Shown here: positions 1 to 9,347 of the stretch, piece by piece | How the letters are laid out: each line of letters begins with the position of its first letter | How positions within the stretch are numbered: the stretch's first letter is position 1 | From: a virus | Length of the DNA stretch: 64,000 bases | Virus record (IMG/VR): IMGVR_UViG_3300020196_000003 | Strand: one strand, 5' to 3' | Notes under the pieces: generated by a model | Seen by the model: only the letters and a program-made list of their open reading frames with translations | Databases searched by the model: none | Told to the model about the DNA's origin: nothing | Made by a program: the position numbers and the translations under genes

Positions 1-544
1 TAACGATCAATTCTACCGCACCATCAAAAGTTCTATCTGAGGAGGGTTGTTGTGTAAAACAACTAACTCCCATTGGAAATATCGTAATCACATCGCATTC
101 ATTTTTGGGTTTAACCGAAGGAATACTTGTCGGACATTGATTGTCTTCACAAATATCCGTTAACTTTAAAGGTATCTGAATTTGATCATCAAACTGAGGA
201 TAAATTTTACTACAAATATTGTAAGTTAAACCTTGTGTAATTGTGTCTACAACAATGTTGTCATTACAATCGACATATGTTATGTCTGTTGTTTGGTCTT
301 TTGATTTTATAAAATAACAATAACAGTTACAAGTGCAAGTAATTCCTGTATTGATTGTAATTTCATATGTTATATCACATTCCACAATACCTAAATCGAC
401 AACAAAAAAACAAGTATCAGGTGTTTGTCCAGATATATCAATAGAAACATAATTAAATGATGACTCACTCAAACCAGAAAAATTTGATATAATTGGAGGA
501 TATGTTCCATCACAGGAATAGAGTATATAACAGTTTTCTATCAT
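1..544 (-). CDS. Cys-rich putative virion protein, probably SprB-repeat type (partial, runs off window start; not in ORF track)
   Basis: ATG at 544-542 opens MIENCYILYSCDGTYPPIISNFSG...CTCNCYCYFI...SCFTQQPSSDRTFDGAVELIV with no stop before the window edge. TATTTATA motif lies 7 nt upstream, and the last residues resemble the start of an SprB repeat. Confidence 0.75.
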   Translation of the reverse strand, partial: MIENCYILYSCDGTYPPIISNFSGLSESSFNYVSIDISGQTPDTCFFVVDLGIVECDITYEITINTGITCTCNCYCYFIKSKDQTTDITYVDCNDNIVVDTITQGLTYNICSKIYPQFDDQIQIPLKLTDICEDNQCPTSIPSVKPKNECDVITIFPMGVSCFTQQPSSDRTFDGAVELIV

Positions 545-560
545 GTTTTAATATAAATAA

Positions 561-1541
561 TTAAAAACTGTATTTTTGAAGATAAGTTTTCATGTTTTCA
601 ATATATTTTATTGTTGAGCTTTTAGAATCTATATAATCAAAATAATTTATGTTTTCTTTTAATTTTTTTAATGGGTCTATATTAATATAGGAACCTTTGT
701 AGAATTTTGTATTTTTTAAGTCTTCAGTAACTCCTGCCATATGTAAAATTGGTTTTTTTTCATAGACTTCAATATTGTCGGTCGCCCATGAAAAATCAAG
801 TTCTTTTGTTATAACTGTTTGTTTGTTGTCCTTCCACAAGTTCCACAATAAACTCCACATTTCTGCAGTCCAAAATTGAATTTCTCCAGGTGATATTGGA
901 AATCTTTTTTGATAATCTAACATTTGATTATACAACCCTATTGAGTCTTCATATATTTTTTCCCACAACTCATATGTTGTATCTTTGATAATATACTGAC
1001 CTCCACCTGAATGTAGTCTATTTTTTTCAATAACGTCGATATCAATTTTTACAATTTCTGCCATTTCTTCTAACAACTGATTTCTTGTTGAACTCGGGTA
1101 TTGTTGTTCATATCTTCTACAACAATCAACTATATAGTCATAACTAATATATCCATTCGTGTCTGACAAATAACAAACGTCATCTTGAATCATTTTTTCA
1201 AAATTTGGTAAAGTTCTAAATATTATATCCGCGTCATGTAGAAAAAATAATTTTCCGTTTTGAGGACAATCTTTAATCCACTTTGAAATCAGGTATGGTT
1301 TTATAGAAGGTATGTAATGTTTTTTTTTTCTTTCGTCAAAATAGTAATGGACTTTTACTCCCATTTTTTTTAACTCTGAAGACTCCTTAGATGGCTCTTG
1401 ACTTGGGGTTACAATTGCAAAAATTATATGAATATTTGATGGGTCAATTTTTTTTTCAATAAAGTTGTGAATATAAAGTTTGGCTTGCCAAATGAAGTAT
1501 GGAACATCTGGTTGTGCTGTGACAAATAATAGATTTTCCAT
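561..1541 (-). CDS. GT-A glycosyltransferase resembling peptidyl-Ser O-galactosyltransferase / Hyp O-arabinosyltransferase (GT96/GT95-like)
   Basis: DxD motif HDADIIF. Ordered motifs PYFIWQ, YIPSIKPYLISKW, GGGQYII and WTAEMW match what I recall of the SGT1/HPAT family motifs. Confidence 0.65.
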   Translation of the reverse strand: MENLLFVTAQPDVPYFIWQAKLYIHNFIEKKIDPSNIHIIFAIVTPSQEPSKESSELKKMGVKVHYYFDERKKKHYIPSIKPYLISKWIKDCPQNGKLFFLHDADIIFRTLPNFEKMIQDDVCYLSDTNGYISYDYIVDCCRRYEQQYPSSTRNQLLEEMAEIVKIDIDVIEKNRLHSGGGQYIIKDTTYELWEKIYEDSIGLYNQMLDYQKRFPISPGEIQFWTAEMWSLLWNLWKDNKQTVITKELDFSWATDNIEVYEKKPILHMAGVTEDLKNTKFYKGSYINIDPLKKLKENINYFDYIDSKSSTIKYIENMKTYLQKYSF

Positions 1542-1575
1542 AAAAAAAAAATAAATAAAAAAACTATAAAGTGAA

Positions 1576-1827
1576 TTAACCTACCTTATCAATTGTAACA
1601 ATTCAATATGGAATTACTGTAACGTTTCATGAAGCCACTTGATGTTTTATAAACATCTGATTATTAACATTACTATTTATCTCCCATTTTAATTTTACAT
1701 TCTTGTTCGCGGTTGTTGTTTGGAAAAATAAGTTCCAAGCAGGAACAACATAAAGAGAATTCTATGATTAACCGATTCGACTTAAACTATTAGGAACATC
1801 TAAACCGTTTTGGTAAAGTCAAAATCT
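1576..1827 (-). pseudogene. Relic 3' end of a beta-rich (BclA/C1q-like) structural protein gene
   Basis: One frame reads F*LYQNGLDVPNSLSRIG*S*NSLYVVPAWNLFFQTTTANKNVKLKWEINSNVNNQMFIKHQVAS*NVTVIPY*IVTIDKVG*. It is protein-like, with 5 internal stops and no start codon. Confidence 0.55.
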
Positions 1828-1829
1828 GT

Positions 1830-2054
1830 TTATGAAGAACAGTAAACAATTTCATAAAACAAACACCCCTGACTATCAATGATGGTGAGTTGCATGGCAG
1901 GAGCTGTGTCGAATTGCGAAGGTAAATTAAAAATATGAGGTAAGGTTGATCCTGTTCCTAAATATTGGCATTGATTACCATATATATCACAAGCAATACC
2001 ACTAAATGGCGGGACTAAATCAACTATTGTTGTGACTGAAACTTGGTTTGCCAT
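1830..2054 (-). CDS. Small Cys-containing hypothetical virion-associated protein
   Basis: 74-aa ORF abutting the SprB-repeat gene. The IIDSQGC motif resembles an SprB-repeat end. Confidence 0.65.
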   Translation of the reverse strand: MANQVSVTTIVDLVPPFSGIACDIYGNQCQYLGTGSTLPHIFNLPSQFDTAPAMQLTIIDSQGCLFYEIVYCSS

Positions 2055-4253
2055 TTAACTACAATCTACACAAGAAATGTTATAATCAATTACTAAATTA
2101 ACTTCTATTTCTGTATCTTGTAATGGATTTATAACTTGTGGTTTACAGGATTTATTAATTTCTTCACAGTTTGTTTTTATCGTAATTCTATTAGAAACTA
2201 AATCAATAGTTACGTCCGAAATTCCAACAAAACCATTCAAAATGTCAGTGATCGCTTCCGCCCACTGAATATCGTTAGGATAATCTGTTCCACCATTAGA
2301 TGAATAAAATTCAGTAATGGCGGATTGTGAACCCACTTTAGCTGAAATAGAAAATGTCGCAGAGTCTATAATACAATTGGTATCTCCACTTGTTAAATCA
2401 TAAAACCCTTCTAGAAACATTGATCTAACAGTTCTTTTTGTGACTAATCCACTATCGATAAAAATATTATTACAAACATTGTAATATTGATAATTACTAA
2501 ATTTTTTTGTTCCTTGTAAGGTTGTGTATTTCGTAAGACTACATCCACTTTCGTCAATCACAGTTAAACTATAAGTGCCTGCGGTTAGACCAGTCACAAC
2601 ATAGCCATCTTGTGTCTCTGCAGTACCTCCACTCCAATTGAGAGTAAATGGCGGAGTTCCTTGTGTTATAAATGCGGTTATAGACCCGTCTTTACCAACA
2701 ATTGGTTGGTTAGGAACTAAATTAAAATTTACAGGTTGACTTGTTGATATGTTTATTGGAAATGTTTGAATACAATTAGGTGTTGAAGAATCTTGTATTG
2801 TTAATACATAATTTCCCGTGTATAAGTTGTTAAAAACATTGAATGGACTTGTGACTGTTGTTGGATTTGTACCTGTGGGTCCTACCAAAGTATAAATATA
2901 CGGAAATGTTCCACCAGTTGATGCTTCAACTTGTAAAATCCCATTGTTCAAACCACAAGTTGTTCCTGTCACTTGAGTTGTAGCACTAAATAAATTAACA
3001 GACTCAATTACTGTGGATGTAGTATAAGTACACCCTGTCGATGTGACTGTAACAATATAAGTTCCATTTGATAACCCATTGAAAGTTTGATTAGAATTTC
3101 CCATTAAGCCAACTTTACTAATACCTGTAGAACCAGATATAGAAATTTGTAGATTTAATACGGGACTTAATCCACCATCAACTAAAACATTCAAAGATCC
3201 ATTGTTCACTGAACAAGTAGAATTTGTTGTCGTTAACTGAACGGTTGTAAAAGAATTAGGAGTTGTCAAACTTACTGAATCGTAAATTGTACATAGTCCG
3301 GCATCGGTGACTAAAAAAGAATAAAATCCTGTTGACAATCCTGTAAATGTAACTGATGAACTAAATGTTATTTCAACTTGTCCTGTAGAAGCACTAAAAA
3401 AATATGGTGGAGTTCCATCTACAATTATAAATTCTACCTCTCCATCGTTACTAAAACATGTTGGTTGTGAAATTACAATAAAACCACCCGAAGTTAATGG
3501 GGCAACTGAATTAACCGTAAATGATTGTGAGGAGGAACAACCAATAGAATTAGTAACTGTTGCGATATATACACCTGCCGTTAGACCGGTAATTGTAGAC
3601 CCTGTTTGACCATTTGCGTTGGAAGACCACGTTATTGTGTAATCGACTGATGGCGATGTTAAACCTGTGATAAATATTTTACCACTTCCATTTCCAATAC
3701 AACTAGCATCATCAACAACATAACCACCAAAGGTGATACCTGATGATGGATTTAAAATTACTGAAGCGGTAATTCCATTACATCCTCCACCATCATCGGC
3801 AACTATGTAGTAAGTTCCCGCAGACAGACTTGTGAAATCTAAATAGTTTGTGGTAGAAATTCCACTAGTTATTAGATTATTCGTAATGTCATAAAGTAAA
3901 AATGTTGTAAAACCATAAACGGATGAGGTGAATCCTGTTATACTTCCGTTGTTGAATCCACAACTAGTATTTGTAGAATCAATTGTGGCGGTTGTTCCTG
4001 TTGAAATATAGACTGTAATTATAATTGAAGCCGAAGTACCGTCAGTTATTTGTAAAAAGTAAGTTCCACCTGATAAACCAGTTACCCTATATTCGTATGG
4101 TTCGGTTAGAGCTGAAGTTGGTAGTGGACAACCTGCGGTTATACAGTTTACCGCAAATGGGGGTGTTGATCCTGTGACGCTGAAAAACAGCTCAGCTGAG
4201 TTTGTATTTGTACAATCACCTCTTACACTATATTGTTCAATCGAAATACTCAT
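2055..4253 (-). CDS. SprB-repeat (Ig-like) virion protein, putative fibre/adhesin
   Basis: Repeated units of C-x-x-x-(N/D)G-x-I ... GTPP(Y/F) ... GLTAGxYxxTVTD-x-x-GC; Thr/Gly/Ser-rich. Confidence 0.75.
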   Translation of the reverse strand: MSISIEQYSVRGDCTNTNSAELFFSVTGSTPPFAVNCITAGCPLPTSALTEPYEYRVTGLSGGTYFLQITDGTSASIIITVYISTGTTATIDSTNTSCGFNNGSITGFTSSVYGFTTFLLYDITNNLITSGISTTNYLDFTSLSAGTYYIVADDGGGCNGITASVILNPSSGITFGGYVVDDASCIGNGSGKIFITGLTSPSVDYTITWSSNANGQTGSTITGLTAGVYIATVTNSIGCSSSQSFTVNSVAPLTSGGFIVISQPTCFSNDGEVEFIIVDGTPPYFFSASTGQVEITFSSSVTFTGLSTGFYSFLVTDAGLCTIYDSVSLTTPNSFTTVQLTTTNSTCSVNNGSLNVLVDGGLSPVLNLQISISGSTGISKVGLMGNSNQTFNGLSNGTYIVTVTSTGCTYTTSTVIESVNLFSATTQVTGTTCGLNNGILQVEASTGGTFPYIYTLVGPTGTNPTTVTSPFNVFNNLYTGNYVLTIQDSSTPNCIQTFPINISTSQPVNFNLVPNQPIVGKDGSITAFITQGTPPFTLNWSGGTAETQDGYVVTGLTAGTYSLTVIDESGCSLTKYTTLQGTKKFSNYQYYNVCNNIFIDSGLVTKRTVRSMFLEGFYDLTSGDTNCIIDSATFSISAKVGSQSAITEFYSSNGGTDYPNDIQWAEAITDILNGFVGISDVTIDLVSNRITIKTNCEEINKSCKPQVINPLQDTEIEVNLVIDYNISCVDCS

Positions 4254-7240
4254 TATTGATTACAATAGATTTCGAACGATAATCCGATGTTTATTTCAAA
4301 CTGATTAAAGTTCGGTATGCAATTATTATTGAAAACGGTCACAATTTCATCATCTTCATTAATATTATAACTGTAACCTGAAAGTTGTAAATTATTTAAC
4401 GCCTCAGTTAATCCATTAATCCAATCTTGATTAGTCGGAACATTGAAAGGTCCGACTCCAACAAAAAATTCATAGTTTGTAAGTACAACGCCATTTAATC
4501 TCAAATCCGCGTACCATGTAGAAACTACAGTATTCGGTAAACACGTTGCCGAATCCAAAGAATTATTAGAGTAAAAACTGTCTAAAGTAGAATTTAACAC
4601 AGACCCCATCGAGGTAATGATTGGGTTATCATTCCAAGGATATAATCCACATATAACTTGTTGGACTGGACAATCGTAAACAAAAACTTGAGTAGAAAGT
4701 GAACATGGTTTACATGGTACGGGAACAATTTTACATCCTTCTTGTCTTCTCCATACAAACTTTTGTCTATGAAAAATAGAATTTTCTAATTTTACACCTG
4801 TATTCCAAATAGTGGTTGCAGGAACCATTTGTTCAACCATTCTAATCCAATAGCTTCCCATACCATTGATATAATCTATCATAGTTTGATATGTAAAATT
4901 ATCGTTAGTAATTCCTGCTTGTGTTTGTGATTCTAAATATTTCCAATATATAGATTGCAGTGTTGGGTATCCCCCTGTTTTGCCGTCCGTTATAAATTGT
5001 CTATTTCTAGTGTTTACCATGTTTCTCCAAAAAGTTTGAGCAAATTCGAAAAAAGTTTTTTGTTTTGGTTTTGGAACTATTGTTGTCCAATCTATACCTC
5101 CGTATCTCGGGTAGAGATTTTGTACCTTACAAGGCGTATCCGGTGTGTAGAAAAGACCTTGTTCGGGGATTGGGTAATTATATTGTCGAGACATTGTCCA
5201 AACATCATAGACTAAACCTTGTGCGGGATTCATCATAATGTCCACATTTTTAACATTTAATGTTAAACATTCTTCACCAACAGAATAATAAGCCGTAAAT
5301 CCACCATCAGATGCGAGTCTGAGTGTTGGATTTGTATCTGTCCAACTTTTTTTGTTGTCACTAATTCTTTTTAACTTATATCCCAAATTCATGTATGGGA
5401 AATTTCTATACAATTGAAGATATTCTTCACCGTAATTGAAAGGTAATAATTCTGTTTGAAAATTAGGGTTGTTACCTATAAATATTTGATTTGTTGGTGG
5501 TGCAAACTCCGGCATTCTATGATCTGGTGTTGATTCAAACCAACCTCCACCTATTTGGAAAAAATACGATTCTGATTGAGTTGCCATCTTTGGACATCCA
5601 AAATCATCAACAGGATAATCTTCTCTTGTTGTTAAAACTGTTCGATTTGCTAACGTTGTTGTAAAACCAGTGTATTGAATTCCTTGTATGGAAAATGTGT
5701 TGTTTGTTTCTAGTACTGGAAATTGTTCAGTAAATGTTCCTCCAGATAAACTTAAAAACTGTTGTTGGAATTCAGACATGTTGATTCTTTGATCGGCAAC
5801 ATAAATGTATTCGTTAAAATCTATCAGTGCTTCTGGAGCCCCCACCATTCTAAGCAAACATTCTATTGATTTACGAGTTCCTTTGGATTTGAACAACCAC
5901 GCCGAATTTATAATTAAATTTCTATAAAATTGATAGTTTATCTCTTCAGGTGTTGGTCCTATTTGTAATCCAGGAAATGTGTTTGGTTGGGTTGTAAAAA
6001 CCGCTTGTAATAATTCTTCGTTTGATATTGGCGAAAAGTTTGTAACCCATCCTAATGTTTGAGCCAAATTTTTAAGAAGTTGTGATGGTATGTCATTTTT
6101 AACGGTATAATGAACACTATTAATATTCCCTAAAACAGAAATGAAGGACTTTGTTTGATCAAAACTTCTACCATAAATTTGTAACAATTTTTCAAATTTA
6201 CGATCTGGAGTATCAAATTCTTTCAAGCATCCAGTTGTCAAAAATCTCGATATAATATTTGTATTATACGTATCTAAATTAATTGCAAAATCATTAATTT
6301 TGGTAAGATAATTATCGAAAACTTGGGATTCAATATCTAAATTCCACACCCCACTTTTTGGAAATGTTGCAAGTTCAGTTGTTATAGTAAAAGTTCCATC
6401 TTCTTGTTCTTTAGGAACCGTAAAGGTTGCGGTATATGCCGGAGTTATATTTCTATTCAGTAAAAATTTTTCTACTGGATCAAACTTCAAGTTGAAAACT
6501 CTGTTAACTTCAAAACTATTTGGTCGAATAACCAAATAGTCGTATGAAATACTGTCTCGATTAAATGGATTACCATCAACTATCATTTTTAAAGAAGTAG
6601 ATTTATTAGTTGTTGGGTATAAATAATTTATTGGATATTCATTTCCATTCACTACTAATACATATTTTTTATATTCCAACTTCATGTTTCTCAAAATAGA
6701 AATTTCCATTTCATTGAACAACATATTGGTTTCTGCGTTAACTGTGTAATCTATATCGAATGGGTTTCTTATCGATGTTATCAGTATTTCTAAAGTTGTA
6801 TCGTTTTCAACTGAGTCATAAGTTATATTAAAGGCTGTCTCTTGTGTGATAAATTTGTCAGTAGTTGGAGAAACTTCTAAACCTGCCGGAAAAAAATTTA
6901 TTATTTTGGTTATTGATACTGAAAATCTTTTAATCAATGATCCATACTGTGTAAAATTAGTAACTTGGGATAAATCGTAGTTAGGATATACTCTGTAGTT
7001 GTTCGCCAATATTTCCGCGGCTTCGACGTTGTTTTCAATATTTATACCTTGTAAATTTATAGGATCTGAAAAAGTTCCGATATTAAATTTTCTAGTTTGT
7101 TTTTCAGAAATATTTGTGGTAAAGTTGAAATTTGCTTGTGTCAAACCTCCTCCAGTTACTAACTGAACTCCAACCAAATTATTTGAAAATTGATTGGCGG
7201 CGCTACTCTGAGTGGGACAAGTAAATTTATTAACCGCCAT
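4253..7240 (-). CDS. Baseplate wedge protein (P2 gpI / T4 gp7-like domain)
   Basis: LLKNLAQTLGW ... WLFKSKGTRKSIECLLRMVG signature; lies in the baseplate cluster. Confidence 0.6.
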   Translation of the reverse strand: MAVNKFTCPTQSSAANQFSNNLVGVQLVTGGGLTQANFNFTTNISEKQTRKFNIGTFSDPINLQGINIENNVEAAEILANNYRVYPNYDLSQVTNFTQYGSLIKRFSVSITKIINFFPAGLEVSPTTDKFITQETAFNITYDSVENDTTLEILITSIRNPFDIDYTVNAETNMLFNEMEISILRNMKLEYKKYVLVVNGNEYPINYLYPTTNKSTSLKMIVDGNPFNRDSISYDYLVIRPNSFEVNRVFNLKFDPVEKFLLNRNITPAYTATFTVPKEQEDGTFTITTELATFPKSGVWNLDIESQVFDNYLTKINDFAINLDTYNTNIISRFLTTGCLKEFDTPDRKFEKLLQIYGRSFDQTKSFISVLGNINSVHYTVKNDIPSQLLKNLAQTLGWVTNFSPISNEELLQAVFTTQPNTFPGLQIGPTPEEINYQFYRNLIINSAWLFKSKGTRKSIECLLRMVGAPEALIDFNEYIYVADQRINMSEFQQQFLSLSGGTFTEQFPVLETNNTFSIQGIQYTGFTTTLANRTVLTTREDYPVDDFGCPKMATQSESYFFQIGGGWFESTPDHRMPEFAPPTNQIFIGNNPNFQTELLPFNYGEEYLQLYRNFPYMNLGYKLKRISDNKKSWTDTNPTLRLASDGGFTAYYSVGEECLTLNVKNVDIMMNPAQGLVYDVWTMSRQYNYPIPEQGLFYTPDTPCKVQNLYPRYGGIDWTTIVPKPKQKTFFEFAQTFWRNMVNTRNRQFITDGKTGGYPTLQSIYWKYLESQTQAGITNDNFTYQTMIDYINGMGSYWIRMVEQMVPATTIWNTGVKLENSIFHRQKFVWRRQEGCKIVPVPCKPCSLSTQVFVYDCPVQQVICGLYPWNDNPIITSMGSVLNSTLDSFYSNNSLDSATCLPNTVVSTWYADLRLNGVVLTNYEFFVGVGPFNVPTNQDWINGLTEALNNLQLSGYSYNINEDDEIVTVFNNNCIPNFNQFEINIGLSFEIYCNQ

Positions 7241-8145
7241 TAAGGTGTGATATTATTAAATGCTTTAGAAAAATCAATATTGTCGCCTCGGTTTTCTCTT
7301 ACTTCATAGAGTAGAGAGTTGAATTGGTCTTTGATTTCATATAAGTTATACTGTTTATAAATATTATTATCAGTATCGTAAATTGTATAGATACCGTCTT
7401 CAATCGACTTAGTTTGGTTTCCATATAAGGCAATTGCAAGGGTTGAGATGTCTTGGTCTACAATTTCAATTTCTGTTGAAATTGGATTAAAATATGTGTT
7501 TGTTATAATAATATTTTGATTAGGTTGTCCAATGAATGGAGTTGCACTTGGTTTGTTACTAGGCGAAGACGATGGTGATAAAGTACAAAACATCAAATTT
7601 GTTGCACCCTCCACATATCGATATCTAATTGATTTTTGAATTGTGTTGGTTAAGTTTTGAATGACGGGTTCGCAATAAAAGGATGAAGTTATTATTCTAA
7701 AAAAATTTGGAATTTTAGTCCCATCTGAATTCAAATACTCAACTCTAAATCCAACGAGACCTTGATTTATAAATTTATTTTTGTATTCAACAGGAACATT
7801 ATTAAGATCAATTACAATTCCTTTGACATTAGGTAATGCAGACAAAACCCCACAATCAGTTATTGTTGTTCTAATTTGTGCTGGTCTTATCATAAGTGTA
7901 TATATTCCTAAACTAGTGAATTGATCTGCGGGTAATTTTAAACTGTATAATCCCCCTAAAACCTCCACAGTATTTCCACCAGTCTCATTATTGTTAAAGT
8001 AGGGCCTCAAAACATCTTGTGCGTTTAAAGTGGTTAAAATAAAGTTTTCCGTGTCATCTCTTGATGGTGTATAAACCATGACAATTTCTACGTCCTCGGG
8101 GCTTACGTCTGCCGGTCTTATTGTCCCATAATTACCTGTTGCCAT
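7240..8145 (-). CDS. Hypothetical structural (baseplate-region) protein
   Basis: 301-aa ORF coupled to the wedge gene and preceded by a TATTTAT motif. Confidence 0.55.
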   Translation of the reverse strand: MATGNYGTIRPADVSPEDVEIVMVYTPSRDDTENFILTTLNAQDVLRPYFNNNETGGNTVEVLGGLYSLKLPADQFTSLGIYTLMIRPAQIRTTITDCGVLSALPNVKGIVIDLNNVPVEYKNKFINQGLVGFRVEYLNSDGTKIPNFFRIITSSFYCEPVIQNLTNTIQKSIRYRYVEGATNLMFCTLSPSSSPSNKPSATPFIGQPNQNIIITNTYFNPISTEIEIVDQDISTLAIALYGNQTKSIEDGIYTIYDTDNNIYKQYNLYEIKDQFNSLLYEVRENRGDNIDFSKAFNNITP

Positions 8146-8171
8146 TTTTTTTTCTTTTTTTTAATAAATAG

Positions 8172-9347
8172 TTATGTTGATATTTTTTCAATGTTAAAGT
8201 ATTTGTATCCATATTTTTCCAAATCACCTACATTATCAACTTCACCAATTCTTTGTATATTTTCTAGTGGGGTGTATTTACCCCTTTCTACAAAAACATT
8301 AGTTATAATTTCGGGTTCATCAATAACATTAATCAAAGCCTCATTTTTTGTTAGAGCACTCAATACTATGTCACCAGGTGCCAACCCATATGAATCTGTG
8401 ACATATATCGTAAAATCTTCATAATCTAAGTATGTTATTCCATTAATTGTATAGGCAGTATAAGTATTAGATTGATTTGGTCCCCAAAACGTTCCTATTG
8501 CACCTGTTGTTCCAGTTACTTGTAGTCCTAATTTAAATTTGCCAGCATACAAACTTGATTTTGGTCCAAATTGTGATAAATCATTTACAGTCGATAAAGT
8601 TAAACCTGTGATTTGGAATGGAACTGTTGTATAGTTATATGAATAATAATCATTAATATTTGTGTTCGAATCTCCTGTGAAAATATAATCGTAACTTAAC
8701 GGGGTGTTCGCCCAACTACCTCCCGCAGGATAAAATGTTATTGATCCATTAGGGTTTGATATTGTTGCGTTTGTGAAAGGAATATTAATTTTTTTTTGAA
8801 CTTTAGAAATGCCCCAAGGCGAGTTTGCCGTCAAAGTTATTGTATAACTTGTTTGACTAACAGGATAAGTATGTGTAATTGGAGTAATACCCAAAACTAA
8901 TTGTGTTGGGGAACCGTCACCCCAATTAATTGTGTAAGTAGTTAATTGTAAAAATTTTATCAACTCCAAGTCAGAAGTGTTATAGAATGTATAGGTATAA
9001 GGGTTTAATGTGGTTGCAGTAACAATAAAATTGTTTAACACGTCAAGTTGTAAAATCATTCCGTCTGTTGGAGTATAATAACCCAAATCGACAGTAGATT
9101 CAGTAAACATTATATTGATACTCAAACCACTAAGAAATGAAGTGCCTCCAGTGTTTCCTGATAATATATACTCCATTGGAAGATAAATTCCCGTTGTTCC
9201 TGTTGTAGTCGCACTGAGTGTTGTTGCAGTCAAACAACATGGATCTATAATTGTTGTGATATCGGTTTCGCCTGTATACGTTACGTACACTAAATCACTT
9301 TTAATGTTCTCAGGAGATACTATAAAATTATATTGTTGTAGTTCCAT
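8172..9347 (-). CDS. PKD-like domain structural protein
   Basis: YTINWGDGSP...THTYP...YTITLTANSPWG resembles the PKD motif; Thr-rich. Confidence 0.6.
   Translation of the reverse strand: MELQQYNFIVSPENIKSDLVYVTYTGETDITTIIDPCCLTATTLSATTTGTTGIYLPMEYILSGNTGGTSFLSGLSINIMFTESTVDLGYYTPTDGMILQLDVLNNFIVTATTLNPYTYTFYNTSDLELIKFLQLTTYTINWGDGSPTQLVLGITPITHTYPVSQTSYTITLTANSPWGISKVQKKINIPFTNATISNPNGSITFYPAGGSWANTPLSYDYIFTGDSNTNINDYYSYNYTTVPFQITGLTLSTVNDLSQFGPKSSLYAGKFKLGLQVTGTTGAIGTFWGPNQSNTYTAYTINGITYLDYEDFTIYVTDSYGLAPGDIVLSALTKNEALINVIDEPEIITNVFVERGKYTPLENIQRIGEVDNVGDLEKYGYKYFNIEKIST

Noticed and set aside
1576-1827. Complete diversity-generating retroelement
   Set aside because: No reverse transcriptase or matching variable repeat is visible in this window, so it is kept only as a testable alternative.
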